In this document: one piece after another, positions 41,090-63,794 of the stretch | Position numbering within the stretch: position 1 is the first letter of the stretch | Layout: the number at the start of each line of letters is the position of its first letter | NCBI GenBank assembly: GCA_964247055.1 | Contig: OZ176055.1 | Coordinates: 9,672,001-9,736,000 of the forward strand | Direction of reading: 5' to 3' | DNA: 64,000 nt | Origin: Paragordius varius | Lineage: Eukaryota > Animalia > Nematomorpha | Translations under genes and position numbers: made by a program | Notes under the pieces: model-generated | Seen by the model: only the letters and a program-made list of their open reading frames with translations | Databases searched by the model: none | Told to the model about the DNA's origin: nothing

Positions 41090-41940
41090 AACGGAATCGT
41101 ATTTTAGCATTTCCAACAATTATATTTTCTTGATCATAGTATTTTCAAAAAAATATACCAACCATATTATATTATGTCCAACAATCAAATTTTCTTACCT
41201 CATCACATTATATCTCAATTAAAATATATATTCAGCCAATGATATTTTAGTATTTTCAACTAATAAATTTCATTACCCGTCATGTTATTTAATTAAAATA
41301 AAATATTCACCCAATTATATTAATTATTTCCGAAAATCAAAATATTTGTGTGTGTGTGTGTATATGCCTATTGCTACAGTTGAGGACAAATTTTTGTAAT
41401 CTTGTTAATAAAACTTCTTCATAGGTTGTGATTTTTAGTTTTAATGTTGAGTTCTGCCAAGGTTGCATTGGTTTCTTGCAAAATATTGTCCATCCACCTT
41501 TTCCTTCTTCGGGCCTTTTTACGTGTATCACTAATTTTTCCCAACATTAAGATATTTTCAATGAGTTAGATCTCATAATATGGTCTAAGTAGGATAGTTT
41601 GGTACGGATGGATATTCCAATCAATGACATATATTAAATTACGTTGTTAGTTTTTTTGTCCCTGCAAATACCCAATTATATTTTAGTATCTCTAACCAAA
41701 ATATTCACCCAATATTTTTTCCAAACAAATTTTCCACCCAATTATATATTAGTTACTCTAATTAAAGCACTCATCTATTTCCATCAAAAAAATTATTTAA
41801 TTATATTTTAGTATTTCTAATGAAAACCTAATAATATTATAGTATTCCAAAGAACAAAATTTTTCCACCCCATTATATTTTATCAATACAAATTGAAATA
41901 TTTACCCAATCATATTTTAGCATATTCAATTGAATATTGA
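41090..41940. repeat. Degenerate minisatellite (CCCAATTATATTTTAGTATT core)
   Basis: The core recurs many times with irregular spacing and is interrupted by the short RTE remnant. Confidence 0.55.
41345..41530 (-). mobile_element. Very short 3' remnant of an RTE-like LINE ending near a (CA)n tract
   Basis: The minus-strand frame reads TRKKARRRKRWMDNILQETNATLAEL, similar to the C-terminus of the 39.4-kb fragment (RKRGRCKMRWIENLTKETNHSLQQL). The (GT)n tract is at about 41347-41361. Confidence 0.5.
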
Positions 41941-42623
41941 TGGCCTAAAACCAAAAGCACTTTTTTGACCCCAATTTTATGCATTGTGCAATTATCTAAA
42001 ATTTGTATATATGAATTTAAAATTTTTTTATTTGATAATCAAAGTTCAATTTTTGCCATCTGCTATAAATAAATAAGATTTAATAATTTTAAAAATGATA
42101 TTTTTAAAGTACCTAAAGGGGGTTCCGTCACCCTTTAAATTATAAATTAACGGTTGCTTCGAATCCAATGTTTTTGCAAAACCACATTTTACGGGCGGAA
42201 CTGAGTTAAATCATTTAGTCGTAGGCGCATTTGTGAAGAAATATAATAAATTAACATCTAATTTAGTTAAAGATATTCCTTTACTAAATTACCCCAATCA
42301 CTTTAATAATATTTTTAATGGGGTTGGTTTAAGAAGGCTATGTTACCTTCGGCGAAAAAATTAAAAGACTGGTGCATTTGTTGTACTAATTAGTATCTAT
42401 TATTTATAAAATGTGTCTCAAAAAGATTGTGACTGTATTCTTAAAAAATATTTAGTCTCAGTGATAAAACTGAGGGGTTTTAAGGAGGTTATACATGAGC
42501 TCACATGCTTTATTTAAATGTACTAATCAACATTTAACAGTTAATTAATGAAAATAGGGACAACATTGAATTTTAACATATGAATATGCTAGTTTAATAA
42601 AATCATATGACGAGAACTGAGAC

Positions 42624-45600
42624 ATGCCTTTGGGGTCATGTATATTAGGCTTTTTAATTATAATCAATTGCCTTAATGCCCTAGAATTGTTAAAGGAAAA
42701 TGAAAATCATACTAGAAAATACATGATAATTGTTTTGAATCGTATATTCTGTAAATATGGGTATAAAACCAAATACCATGATCATTGTAATCCTTTTGAT
42801 GCGAACAAAAACTCAACTCTCAATGTTACGACAACTGAAAATGCGCTCATGGGTGATGATGAACACAATTATGATACCATAAAATATCCAGAATTCGTAA
42901 AATTGGTCAAAAATATTGGTTTGATTACAAAGCCTCCGTACCGTATTCAAAAAAATCGGCGCAGTCTCCCGTTTAAACAAACGGTATTTTTTTGGATTTT
43001 AATCAATTTAATAATGTTTAAAGTACTATATATTTATAAATTTTTAAAAAATTATACTATAATTTACATGAGTTTACACTTATGCTATTTATTACATTTT
43101 TTTAATATAAATATCTTTATGAATATGCATTAGGAATGCCTAAGTCCCTCCGAAATATTTGCTCAATTTAATTTACCCATTCAAAAGGGCTTAACTAAGC
43201 ACGATTTTTTAGCTCACATTTGTCCTGTCCTCATATATCAACTCGATCAAGATAATTGTAAACAACATGTAGATTATTATTCAACCTCATCAAATTCCAA
43301 ACTACTTGTGCTTAGTGGCAATGAAGTCTCAAAATCAAAATCATTGCAAAACAAGAATAAATTGACATCGTTTGTATTTGTGAGCATACCCTTAGGTATT
43401 TTTTTACAGTATATATCTTCTTTTAAGGCATAGAAAATGTTTGAAATTTTTTAGATAATCTTGAGTATAAATTGATAAATTTAAGTGATTAACGACGAGG
43501 GTTCGTAATGTAAATGTTATACATTATATATCTTCTTTTAAGGCATATAAAATGTTTAAAATTTTGTATTATTAAATATACAGTAAAATTGAAATTATAC
43601 GGACAAAACGTGAAACTATACAGACAAATATTTTTATCTAAAGGACAACCCCATACTATTTAAAACCTAAATATGTTTCCCATATAAGCTGCCACTTAGT
43701 TACAATTGTAAAATATAGAATGTCTATTATATATCTCATTGAAATAAATCAAGGGTCTTTATATTTTACGTTTTGTCCGTATAATCTCAATTTTACTATA
43801 ATTGGTTAATAAAACGTCGTGAATAATGTAAAAAACAAAAATATTAAAAACAATTTTCGCCCCCTAAAACAATGTAAAAACAAAATAAAATAAAGTGTTA
43901 ACAGCTCCTGATGATGGAACCAGGCATCGGGTGAAAAATTTTTCAGTTTTTTATAAATTTATTTTTATTTCCTACATTATTCAACGACGACGTTAATACG
44001 ATGCTTGTTTTTAACAAGCCTTTTCGCTCTAAATTCACCCTTGAACAATTGAAATTCACCCTAAAATAAATTATATGTTTTTGAGATTAAAAATTACCTA
44101 TATTCAAATATATTTTTAAAAGATAAAATTTCGTTTAACATAATGCTGAAAAAATGATAAACTATGCTATAGATATATTAAATATAGTTGATGAGTTATA
44201 TTAGTCCGAACACACATAATGTATTTTAAGGGTGAATTTGAATTGTTCAAGGGTGAAGAAATATAAAAAATTTAATATATAATCATACATGTCTGGGTTA
44301 AAAATTAAAGACTATATAGTTCAAAATAAGTTGACAATTTTATTAGAAATACAGAGACTGACACCCATGAGACAAGTATTTAAGAAATAATTTCTAAATA
44401 TATTTTGATTTTTAAAATTTTTGATTAAATGGAATCCGGTTTTAACCGAGGGAACATATTGTTTAAAATTTTTTCTATAGGAATTATTATTGATAAAAAA
44501 TGATTATACTACGTTGTTAATTCTAGGTAATGAAATAAAGTATGCCATATTTATGTTAACAAGCTTTCTTTATAAATACACATCGAAATAATTTTTATGC
44601 GTTTATATATATATATATATATATATATTACAGGTTAAAGGTTAATTATACGAGGAAAATATATTTTTATTTTCAACTAAATCTGATTACATCACACATA
44701 TATATTGTTGTAGTAATATTAATTAATTTTATTTACATAAAACAAGGGATGATGCAACATATTAATTATTCCTAATAATTAATTAAGGATTTTTGATTTG
44801 AAAATATTCATATAATAACACTTTTTAAGAAATTATTGATTGATTTATCAGAAAAATTGATCAAAAACTAATGAAAATTGCAAATAATGGATTTTCTTTT
44901 ATGGATTTGACTTTGGATGCCTAATTCATATAGCTTAACCCCACGAATAGGTGTGTTTGCGTGGCCTGGTTTTTTGGTTTCAATTCATAAAGCCTAAATA
45001 GATATGAATATATATATATATATAGATTATATAGTTGTTACCTGAAAAAGAACCATTAGTTGGAAAATATGCATTAATATATTGTGTAATCAGACAGACA
45101 GAGAATTTTTAAATTAGAAAAGAAAATCCATGCAACTTTTAAGGATATTTTAAGCTTTTAAAATATTTTATGTTGAATATTTACCATATAGGATGATACA
45201 GCTGTTTTAGATTTTGTTTTTATACTAAAAATTGCACTTTTATGGCCTTTTTTTCCTTCTTTTAATAATGAAACTGGTGTTTGTCATCTAAATTAATTAG
45301 CTGAACAATTTAGTATGGAATTATATTATATCATATAAATGCTTAAAAAAATTGAAATCAAACTAAATCTAAAAAATATTTGCATTGATACTACCTGACT
45401 TAATAAGATAATTGTTGTTCAAAGTTTAATATATGCGACATATTAACTGATCACATATATAGTAACCAGATCAGGTTTTTTTCCGTAAATCATTTTTTGT
45501 CTTTAATCTAAAAATTGCTATGGGATACTTTCTCGATAACGGTTAGTTAGTTAGTTAGTTAGATTTTTTCAAAAAAATTAAAATTATTTTGAAATAAAGT

Positions 45601-46124
45601 GTAAGGAAATTTTTTTTCAATATAAATTTTTTTTAATTCCGGAGCACACTTGATTATGTGTTAAATATATCATTTGCACTTTAATTCACCCTTGAACAAT
45701 TAAAATTCACCCTTGAACAATTCTAATTCACCCTAGAAAAAATTATGTTTTAAAAAATTAAAAATTACGCATATATTTTTATATTTTTACCAAAATGAAA
45801 TTTTGTTTAAAATAAAAATAATACGGAAAAAAATGATAAACTATGCGCCACAAAGATATATTTCATATTGATGAGTTATATTAAAGCCCGAAAACACAGA
45901 ATTTTTTTTTAGAGTGAATTTGAATTGTTCAAGGGTGGTGAATTTGAATCTGGGCTAATCACACTTTTTTGTCCTTTATTAAGGTTAATTTACTTTTTTT
46001 TCAACGTTAGTTAATATATCTAAAAATTCTTTAAATATGGAAATTTAAAATTACCCATCCATTTAGTCCAATTTGAATATAAAGGATACTAATCTCCTAT
46101 TTCCATATATCCTTATAAACATCC

Positions 46125-46166
<42 letters not shown>

Positions 46167-46470
46167 TTAAATTGATCAAAAAATGAGTTTTATTAAAATC
46201 TTTAATAAAATAGCCCTAAAAACACAAATGTTTTATTACAGTAGATTTTAAGTTATGCAAGCAATAAACTAGTAACATATAAATAGGGGGATGAAATAAT
46301 TCAATTAATGTATAGGATCGTAAGCTATTTGGAAAACGAGTCTATATTATTCACACTTTGTTTTTCTAAACTCATCTTTATGATAAAAAATAAATCTTAA
46401 CAAGATAGATATTTCGAATCAATAAATTATTAATTATATAGGTTATTGATTAATTTTTGGATTGCGTTGT

Positions 46471-46504
<34 letters not shown>

Positions 46505-49500
46505 ATCAAATCCCAAATACTTGGGGTTTTTTATATAATTTCAAGCAAAGACTACATTTTTTTAGTTAATGCTTGGAAAAATGTTGCGTTTTCTTGAAAA
46601 AAAATCTATTTTTTACTAAATACTTCTCTGAGGAAAGTAAGGCGAACTTGTTTATAAATTCTTGGGTTACCATTGTATTGTAAAAAAACTCAATGACATT
46701 ATTGAAGTTTTAAGATAAAAATACAACTACTGAAAATTAGATTTATTTTATAAGATTTTAAAATATTAATTAAAAAATATATTGATTTATTTATATATAT
46801 TTATTCATTATGTATTAAAACCAAATACACAATTTTGGATTAAAAAATTATTTAATATGATGCGCGCGCTGTATTTTAAAATAAAGATTGCATTTTTTTT
46901 ATAAAACCAAGATTTTAAAATTATGTAATCGTATTGCACCATTAATCTTCCAGGAAAAAAATAAACATGAAAACAAAATATCAAACTTTTTTACAGTCGA
47001 AAAAGTCATCAACTATATTTGTAAAATCTTGATTTTTATTTAAAGAAATAATTTATTATAATTTTAAACGGAAAAATATTTTATAAATCAACAGGAGTGC
47101 AGAATTAGTAAATCCTAATTAGCACAACCGAAACTATAAGAAACCCCAATTTTGTTAAGAGTGTTTTTTGTGGATTCATCAATCACACTAATATTTCCAA
47201 CCTGCAACTATGTTGACTAACTATTTCTAGACTCCTTTTTCTGGATTCATAACTTATAAGCTAAAAATTTTCTGATTCCACAAATTGTAAAATGCTTAAT
47301 CCTGGCTTAAGGATTATATGAAGTCATAATATCTGTTCGTTGCTAACTAAGATATTCTAATATTCAACCTACAACTAAGTAGGATTAACTATCTATCTAT
47401 TTACTCTCCTGTTGATTTATAAAGAACTCATTGTTTTGGCATTGCAAAACAAATGGAATAGAGATGGAAATTATTGTTAATATATTTGCTCTATTTTCTC
47501 TTATATTGGACAAAAGTTTCTGTTGGTTTTAAAACCAGGGTATGGTGTTCAATACATGGCTCTCTAAACTGTAGTCTTTGCTAGAAATATTTTAATTATT
47601 ACAAATTTTTCTTGAAATTTGATTAACATTGATTGACTCTTAAACCCATTTTCAGGATAAATCTGCCCGAATTTGGGGCCAATAAAGACTACCCAAAAAA
47701 TGTGATATTTAATAGTGATTAAAATATGATAATAACATATTTGTTAAGGATACCCCCCTCCACCCCCATATATTTTCCGAATGTGGGGCGTGAAACTATT
47801 TGTGTTGAAAACAACACTCCTGTTTTAAAAAGTATGGTTGTTTTTTTTGAATTTGTCTCTTAATTTTTACAATACGTCCGTATAAATGTAATATTTACTC
47901 TATATATAGCTATACTTGGCGGCTTAAAACCAATGACATTTATATATTACATATATCTCAAAACTTTTGTTTTGTTGTTTTTCATTTATTGGCAAATACC
48001 ACAAACGCGCAAAAATTGTCGTATTTTAATTAAGATGACACTTTCATTTTTTGAACACAAAAAAAGCAAAAACTTTCAAAGTAAGATATATACTCTTTTA
48101 TTGTTATCTCTTATTATGTGTTGTAAAACAACTTGAATTTTTGCCAAAAATTCAAATACCAATACGAGTATAATATAATATATTATCTTGTATCAACTCT
48201 TTTATATATTACTTGATAAATAATTTTTATCTATATATGTATATGTTTTAGTATGGTTGTATGCCTTAACCTCTATCCTGGTTATAAGTGCAATTGGTTT
48301 CATGTTAGTTCTAGTCGTTAGCCGATATATATCAACTAAACACATCCATAGCCGTAAGATAAATCTTAATTTTAATTTGGCATTGAATGCAAAATATTTA
48401 AGATACCTTTTTTTTCGGTTTTTTTTGGGAAAAAATATATTGTCGATCGGATAATATTAATTTATGTTTTTTAGCTATCTTTCATTAATCAACTTTATTT
48501 AGGGAAAATATAAATTTAATTTTTAGTCATTTGAATAAAAAGTGCCACAAATACTTTTAATTCATATACTATCATTATAAATTATAATATTTGTAAAAAA
48601 TGGATTTTGGTTCTTAATTACATTTTACAAAATTTATTTATTTTAACTATGTTAATTTTGTCAAATATTTTAGATACTAATCATACCTATGAACAATGTT
48701 TAACTGTTCAATCATCACCATCACCTACAAGAAACAAAAAAATTGAACTCTCTTCTAATAAAAAACGGCTTTTAAGTGCCTTGTTGTCACAATTCACTGT
48801 CGCGTTGGCCGTAGGGAGTTTGATTGGAGATGCCTTACTTCATTTGCTACCTCATGTGAGTTGAGATAATTTTTAAATTTTAAATGTAATTGCTTTATAA
48901 AAGTAGAACTATCCAATCAAAATAATTTTTTATTAATTTTAAACGATAGCATATGATTTTACATTATGAATAATGTAACACAATTTGAAAACGATAGCTA
49001 TTTAGGTCTTAGGCTTATTGATTTCTGCGGTTAGTATATAAAAGTTAATTAAAAATTTTATAAATAATCGTCAATAATTTTTGGGTTAACATTAGTAAGT
49101 TTTTTAAAGCCACATTTTTCGATTTTATTGATAATTAACATTCGCGGCCCTCCTCCCGTTTTAATTTAGCGCCGTCTTTTTGACAAAGATATCCATTTCA
49201 GTCAAAACGATATATTTTAAATTAAAAGCTTAAATTACGTATTCAATGTTTTAAAAGTTTTTACAGTATGAATTTCAATGGTTGCTTATTTCACAAACAC
49301 TATAGTAGGGCAATTTGCAAAAGAACAGTAGTGTATGGAAAAAAAGAATGGAAATAATTGTTAATTAACATTTTATTGTTTTTTCCATACACTACTGTGT
49401 TACGATTCCTATACTATAGATATGAAAGTTAAAATGCATATTGTATGTATTGTATTCATATTCACATTTAGTCATCCTTTGTAATGGGTATGCTTTATTT

Positions 49501-52500
49501 GCTCTAAATATATATATAAATATATACAACGAAAGTTATATACGGACAAAACGTAAAAATATAAAGACAAATTTTTAAAGACATTCATACTGTTTCAAAC
49601 CTTATTTTTTTAATTTGTCCAATATATATATTAAAGTGTTTATTATCAATTTATATCATTCTTTGTTTTGCAATTCAAAACAACAATAGGTTAAAATGTA
49701 AAAAATCAAGATTTTAAAAATTATGGTTGTCCTTTTATTTTTTGCGTTTTGTCTTAAATTTTTAACCGTATGAATTGAGATTTTAATTACATTTTACTAT
49801 ACATGTATGTATGTTTAAAAATAGGCCTTAGACAGCCATTCTACCCCAAATTACTCAAACAATAATCCAAAATGGATTGTTTGGAAAGGATTCTCTACTG
49901 TTTGTACCATCATGATTTTATACGCGTTTGAAAAGGGGGCACATTTATTCACTCTTTTAAGGAGGCGAAGAAGGAATCCTAACTCTGTATTAACAAAGTC
50001 TGGAAATCCAAATCTTTATAGCGAAGTTAAGGTGAAACTTATTTTGTAATTTTCCACGTTTTTTTTGGATTTTCTTAATTGAATATATAAGATCAACTAG
50101 TTTTAACTACAAAATAAAGAAATCCGAAATTATGGAAAAGTAAAAATTGTATATTTTCGGATTGGACTACTCATAGATATATCCTTTAATTTATTTTTTA
50201 AAATTTATTGAATTGTTTAAAATTAGGGTCATTTTATATACCAGGCGCTCCAACCTAAATGGCTTTGTAGGCCGCATTCACAAAATATATGTGCACTATT
50301 AAATATTCCATTAGATTTTACACATAAGACTACTCTGAAAACTACTATTTATTTTAACATTTTGGCTAGGTTATTGTCTAAAAATTCCATTTGACTCATT
50401 CAAAAAAAATTTTAAGAAAATCATTTTTACTTAGATTTCATGAAATTTTGTATTTAAAATATCTTGCGGGCTACAGAATTAGATGGCTGGATGTTGGTTA
50501 TTTCCCGTTTATACAAATATTTACTCAAACTTATTACTATTTTCCCTTTTTTTTAGTATAAAACTCCATCAGATCACCCTTATCAATCTGAGCTTGTTAT
50601 ACCATTGGCAGCCACTTCAAACCGGAATCATAAAGTCCTACCTGACACATTTAATTCCTTAAAAACGTTAAACATAAATGATACTATTGATGTTAAAAAA
50701 GGGAAAAATTCAGCAATTTTTACGAGGACAAATTTAACGGTGAATGCAATAACTTGTATTCTTGGTGACGCATTTCACAATTTATTTGATGGTGTCGCTA
50801 TTGGTAAGTAACCTTGCATTTAGTTATTTTTTTTAGAAAGAGGGGGGGGGGGATAAAGTTTTATTAATATTTAACCAGCCCTATGCAGTAAAAATCAAAG
50901 CCTAAACATGGAAAATAAAAGACTAATATGCTTTTTATAATGAAAGCTACTGTATTCTGTATACGAGATAATTTAATTCATTTTTATTTTGTAATTCCAA
51001 GTTTTATTGAAAGACTAGGCTACCTGGATTTTATGAAACGAGTTGCTTTTATTTTTAATTTTTACAATAAAATTCAATTTAAGTTTATCATTATTACAAA
51101 ATTATTATATTGCATATTTTAAATAATTTAGAGGTCTCAACAAAAAATATGCATTTAAATAAATACGATTTATTAATAATCCCTTATCGTTCAGGAGTTT
51201 CTTTTGGCGCAAACATCACAGCAGGGATTGGAACAGCCATTGCAATATTATGCCATGAATTACCTCATGAATTGGGTATCAATATATAAATGCTCATTTG
51301 CTATTTTAATTAATAATTTTTATTTTTTCAGGTTTTAATTTTATTGTTAAACTATTTTGTAATAAAAGATGTAAAAATATATAACTAGCTCGCTGAAAAT
51401 ATTTCTCCTTTTTTGAAGTTTGAAATTAGATCCGCTTTGATCTTTTTTTTGTTTATGGTTTCGGATTTTAATTTTTTAAGCAAGTTTTATATTTTAATCA
51501 AATGGTTCTTATTGAACAGTTTTTTCATTACCTATGACCTAAGTTTTTGATTAGATAAAAATAAATTTCGTAAAAATTTTATAAACGCCCCAAAAATTTT
51601 GCCCATATTTTTATAAAATCCAAAATTTACTTAAAAAACATCATATTAACATGGTATTAGTAAAAGTTGATTAGACTTGTTCTTGAAACAGTTATTTTTT
51701 TAGATTCAAAAACGTTTTATTTTTATAAAAACGGTTATTATATATGATATTCTGTTATATACTCATATATATATTAAAATTTGATTTTAAAGGTGATTTC
51801 GCCTACCTTATGCAATGTGGTGTGGGACGAAAGTTGTGTCTTTTACTAAATTGCGTTTCCAGTATATGTGCCATCATTGGTTGTTTAATCGGTTTATCAA
51901 TCCTTTCAAGTCCAACTTTAAACAATAATCCTGACCATAGTAGTAAATCATCACCCCAGGAATTACAAAGCTGGATATTTTGTATCATATCTGGCATGTT
52001 TTTGTACATTGCTTTGAGTAATATGGTAGGACTTTTTTTTGTTAAAACTTCTCAAAAAAATTGATTTTATAGAGAAAATCCTAACAAAAATTTATTTTTC
52101 ATGTATTTGCCATTTTAAAATAAAAAAAATTTTATAAACTTATCTTTTTAGCGGTTAAAACACCAGATATATAATTAAAAAAGTGCAAGTTTTTTCCATA
52201 CTGTTTAAATTATTCAAATATATTAATTTGCCACATTGTTATCATAAACTATTCTAACATTTTTTTCATTTTTTTATTATATTTAATTTGAAATATTATG
52301 TGTGTATGATAATTTTTGGTTTACAAAAAAATTTAAATTATTTAGATTCCCGATCTTAAAACGAACAAAATCCATGATCATCACACGGAACACAGTCATG
52401 AAACATTGATGGATCATACAGAATTATATAAATTACAAAAAGATAGAAATAATATAAACTCTGAAGAAATTAGCCTTAAAAATCAAATGTACCCTTCATT

Positions 52501-52987
52501 ACCCAATAAAACTGGACATGCAAAGAATAAAAAAGTTGTGAAAGAAAGCCTAATATTTGCCGTTCAAATGGGTGGTTGTTTTACTGGTGTCGTTATTATG
52601 CTTTTAATAGCTTTATATGAAGAAAGCATAGAGGTATTTTTTCTCCCCTTTAATCAAAAAAAAGCATTTGATTTCCGTGCAACTTGGATTTTAAATCAAT
52701 TTCAAAAATTTATATTTCAGAATTTAAAAGTATTGATTGGTGGTTGATTTCCACGTAATGCATGTTTTTATTTAGTAAAATAATAAAAAAATCTCGTCTC
52801 TAACCTAAAATGTTTAAATAAAAATTTGAATTTTTTAAAAAATCTTGGTTAATTTAGCAGGAAATGGTACACAAGCGAAAACTAATTTGGTTAATTTTAT
52901 TTTTTAAATTGTACAGGATTGTAATTACTTTGGATTTTTATATATAAAATTAATCTTTTCTTTCTGTTCCAGAAACTGATCTCATAA
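42624..52987 (+). CDS. SLC39A: ZIP (SLC39A) zinc transporter, LIV-1 subfamily, about 10 exons
   Basis: Exons 42624-42983, 43134-43395, 48252-48353, 48674-48855, 49825-50031, 50557-50803, 51195-51275, 51793-52025, 52346-52633 and probably 52973-52987 (alternative read-through stop at 52747). Signal peptide, CPVLIYQ (CPALLY-like), ALAVGSLIGDALLHLLPH, GDAFHNLFDG, CHELPHELGDFA and GMFLYIAL. The exon 2 donor is less certain. Confidence 0.88.
43581..43798. mobile_element. MITE family A copy in ZIP intron 2
   Basis: TA|CAGTAAAATTGAAATTATACGGACAAAACG with the inverse at the right end. Further partial copies lie at about 9270-9535, 47820-47900, 49530-49800 and 63150-63385. Confidence 0.8.
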
Positions 52988-53237
52988 AGAAAGTCTGGTG
53001 GTTTTAAACAATAAAAGAAACTGAATAGTGCCATTCTTAAAATAAACTTACTCAGTTCTTTGATGATGATAACAAAAGAGGCAAATAAAATTTATAATAA
53101 TAATTATAATTTATATATATATGGCAATAATGTATTTATCAAAATTGAGATTCATATTCACTTTCATTGTTTAAATAAATTAACTATGTATATAGTATGA
53201 TATACGTTTTAATTATATTAAATTTCAATGTAACTTT

Positions 53238-53278
<41 letters not shown>

Positions 53279-54050
53279 TATGATAAATATGATTGATAAC
53301 ATTAAATCATTTGTATTTCAAGGAATATTTTTTAGTTTAAACCTTAAATACAGGTGGATCTCTGTAACCGTTTTTTGTCCAGTATGTCTTTTTGGATAAT
53401 CTGAGAGGCGCATTTAAAATAATGATGGATATCCTTATGACCATAAAATATTCCAACAAATCATCGTAGACATTAATTAACTCAATAGTAAAACTTTCTT
53501 TATTGCTATCAATAAAAATGGCATTTTTTATGGCAAAAATGATTATAAAAGATACGTTATTTATGGGTAATAGCTAATGTGAAAAAATTGAATGTGGTTT
53601 TGTATTTATTATTACATAGCTAAGCTAATAATTTATCAAGTAAAAATACATGTGACGCATGATTAGGTTTATAAATATTATTAGTTTGGATCAATGTATA
53701 TGATGTTCAACTAAATGGCATATAAATTGTAATTAATATAAATGCAGAAATAGCATCATATTGATGATAAATGCAAATTTTACAGTAATTATAATTCGTA
53801 TGAATCACAACTTAAAGAGCAAAGCAATAATACATGTAAATATAGAGCGATACAATTTCGAATATGGGTAATATCGTGTTGATTTTTAAAATTTCAACAT
53901 ACAATATTGAAAAAACAAAAACGCAAAAACTATCAAGGTTTAAAAGAAGTATGGATATGTCTTTTCGGCAAAAAAATTATAGTTTTTGGTTTTAACATTT
54001 TGTCTTTTAAATTTTCAAATAAATTTCGACAAAATATATTTTTTTGTTGT

Positions 54051-57835
<3,785 letters not shown>

Positions 57836-57889
57836 GGTTCCTCCCCTTGTTTTGTGATTCAATCACAAAATATTTGTTCACTCATTAAA
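57836..57889. promoter_or_regulatory. Putative bidirectional promoter ABI/RNF113A (54 bp between start codons) with central palindrome
   Basis: ATGs at 57835 (-) and 57890 (+). TTTTGTGATT-C-AATCACAAAA (57850-57870) lies almost at the midpoint. Confidence 0.7.
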
Positions 57890-62666
<4,777 letters not shown>

Positions 62667-63651
62667 GTCAATTATAATTATAAAAATTTATTGTTATAAG
62701 ACAAATAAATACTTAAAATTGAAAATGCTTGTCATTTATGATTTTGCTATCGAATTTCTATTCATTAATTAAATCATTATAAAACTCTCGAGGTATTTCA
62801 AAAAAATGTCCTTTAGGCACATGGGGGTAATAATATGTAAATTTTTCGATCTATTTATTTTAAAATATCTCTTTATGTCATAAAAATAGGTATTTTAGGT
62901 ATATAAAATATTCTGATGTAATTGTTGGAATTGTATTCTTATTATCACACATAATTGAGAGGTATAAAAATTTAGATTAATACTGAGCAGGGCGAATTTG
63001 AAAAAGCATGATAACAAAAAGGATATATATATGATACGTAAAAAAAATTGATATTTTTTAAATAAAAATTTTTTTATAAAAAATACAAAAATTGAATTGA
63101 TACAGGCTAAATACTAAAAGTTAAAAATTTTGTATATGAAGATACATCCATGTTATTTAAAAATATAAAGACAAAATTATATTCTAAAAGACAACCATGT
63201 TTTTAAAACCTCAATGTTTCCCATAATAAAGTGATTGTGTGAGTATTATATATCTCTATTTCAGACTTTGTCACATTAAACAATTAATTTATTAATATAA
63301 ATCTAGTTTTAAAAAGTATGGTTGTCTTTAAAAAAATATGTTTTTATATTTTTACATTTTATTCGTATAATTTCAGTTTTTACTTTTTTATTATATATCG
63401 TATGGATGTAAAAAATGATTGATATTAATAGAAATCCTTCAAAAAAAAAAACAGAGTTAAATATTGAATACAAAAGTTAGAACTAAAAGACAAATATTTT
63501 AAGTAAAAATATTATTTTTTTTGTGTTTTGCCTTTACACAATATAATACATTAATTTTGGCGATTATTAGACATTTTTTTAAAACTTAGTGATTTTATGG
63601 ATAAGTAAACAGTAAATTTGTGAATTTAAAGCAAATTTTTATGCATTGTTG

Positions 63652-63794
63652 CTATGACAGGTTGTTTTTAAGTGTTTCCCTGCGTTTCTTGTGGCCTTCA
63701 TGAACAGCTTCATCATGATAAATGTCATCTAAACTGTCCCACCAAAGTACCCGTCTAATTGCTTTTTTCCAACGTATAAAACGTTCAGATCTTT
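63652..63794 (-). CDS. Possible terminal exon of an unidentified gene entering from the right edge
   Basis: The acceptor-like TTTTCTAG precedes the open frame RSERFIRWKKAIRRVLWWDSLDDIYHDEAVHEGHKKRRETLKNNLS*, which is locally GC-richer than its flanks. No family recognised. Confidence 0.3.

Noticed and set aside
43905-43940. CCTGATGATGGAACCAGGCATCGGGTGAAAA resembling a hammerhead core or a C/D box
   Set aside because: CUGAUGA is present, but no stem II leads directly to GAAA and there are no stem I/III partners; it is only a 7-bp hairpin.
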